Shown here: piece by piece, positions 63,356 to 64,000 of the stretch
How the letters are laid out: each line of letters begins with the position of its first letter
Position numbering within the stretch: the stretch's first letter is position 1
Assembly (NCBI RefSeq): GCF_001194135.2
Contig: NC_068997.1
Span: 11,907,824-11,971,823, forward strand
Length of the DNA stretch: 64,000 bases
Origin: Octopus bimaculoides
Lineage: Eukaryota
Direction: 5' to 3'
Program-made: the position numbers and the translations under genes
Notes under the pieces: generated by a model
Seen by the model: only the letters and a program-made list of their open reading frames with translations
What the model was told of the DNA's origin: nothing
Database searches by the model: none

Positions 63356-64000
63356 TCTATCTCCATTGTCGTTGCTATGCTTCTTGTACGATTATAGTTG
63401 AACAGAATAATTTCATATTGAAATATAGATTGAGAAACTCCGATCTAAAATATCTTGTCACATTGAAAGATATAACGAAGCGATTGGTTTCGTCAAAATT
63501 TCTCTGAGCTTTAGATTCCGCCTCCACAGTGTTTCTTATCGCACGACTAACTATATTGTCCCAACGGGCAATGGTGAGAGGCTGATTTAAGTGAATTAGT
63601 TCTTGTTGTTCAACTGTAAGGCACTTATAAAACCCATGTTCAAAATTACGTTAACAGCATTTAAATAGTAACATTTTCATTGCTTGTTGTCAAACATGAA
63701 ATCAGCTAATGGATCCGAAGGATAAATTGCCATTGATAATAGCTTATGTTACGATTCACTAATCGCTATTTGCTAAGCAAACTAATAATGCAACTCATTT
63801 GTTAAGAGGGGTTTACTTCAGTTTATTATAATTATTTTGCATCCCTCAGTCTCACAGCAAGATGTTTAATCGCACATCGGGGAATTTTCTATCTTCGGTT
63901 ATTTGCTATTATAATGAATAATATATAGAAAGTTATTTTCTCTCGGTCAAGTGGGAATACATGTATGCATATACTCGTGTATATATATATATATATATAT

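Noticed and set aside
1-64000. Known conserved miRNAs, snRNAs, rRNAs and telomeric arrays
   Set aside because: None recognised by eye; an Infernal/Rfam scan would be needed to exclude them formally.

Overview
AT-rich, repeat-dominated eukaryotic genomic DNA with 16 assembly gaps, almost all flanked by (TA)n/(CA)n microsatellites. The interspersed repeat families resemble those I recall from octopod cephalopods (Octopus); this is inference, not a database hit. No known protein-coding gene, RNA gene or CRISPR array is recognisable, and nearly all ORFs in the track are microsatellite or N-gap artefacts. The window holds about 20 tRNA-derived SINE copies from three families, two CR1 LINE 3' ends, several decayed RTE-like RT relics, one decayed Penelope-like (PLE) RT, one mariner transposase relic, one mariner-type MITE and two minisatellites. 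The best leads are: (1) a candidate two-exon minus-strand gene (2994-2786, 575-299) encoding a hydrophobic leader plus a His-rich segment, next to an NRF1/CEBP-ATF promoter-like region; (2) a near-perfect 116-bp hairpin at 62002-62117; (3) decayed PLE-type hammerhead ribozyme motifs; (4) a hairpin-forming 35-bp minisatellite; (5) closely spaced inverted SINEs. All coding calls are low confidence.
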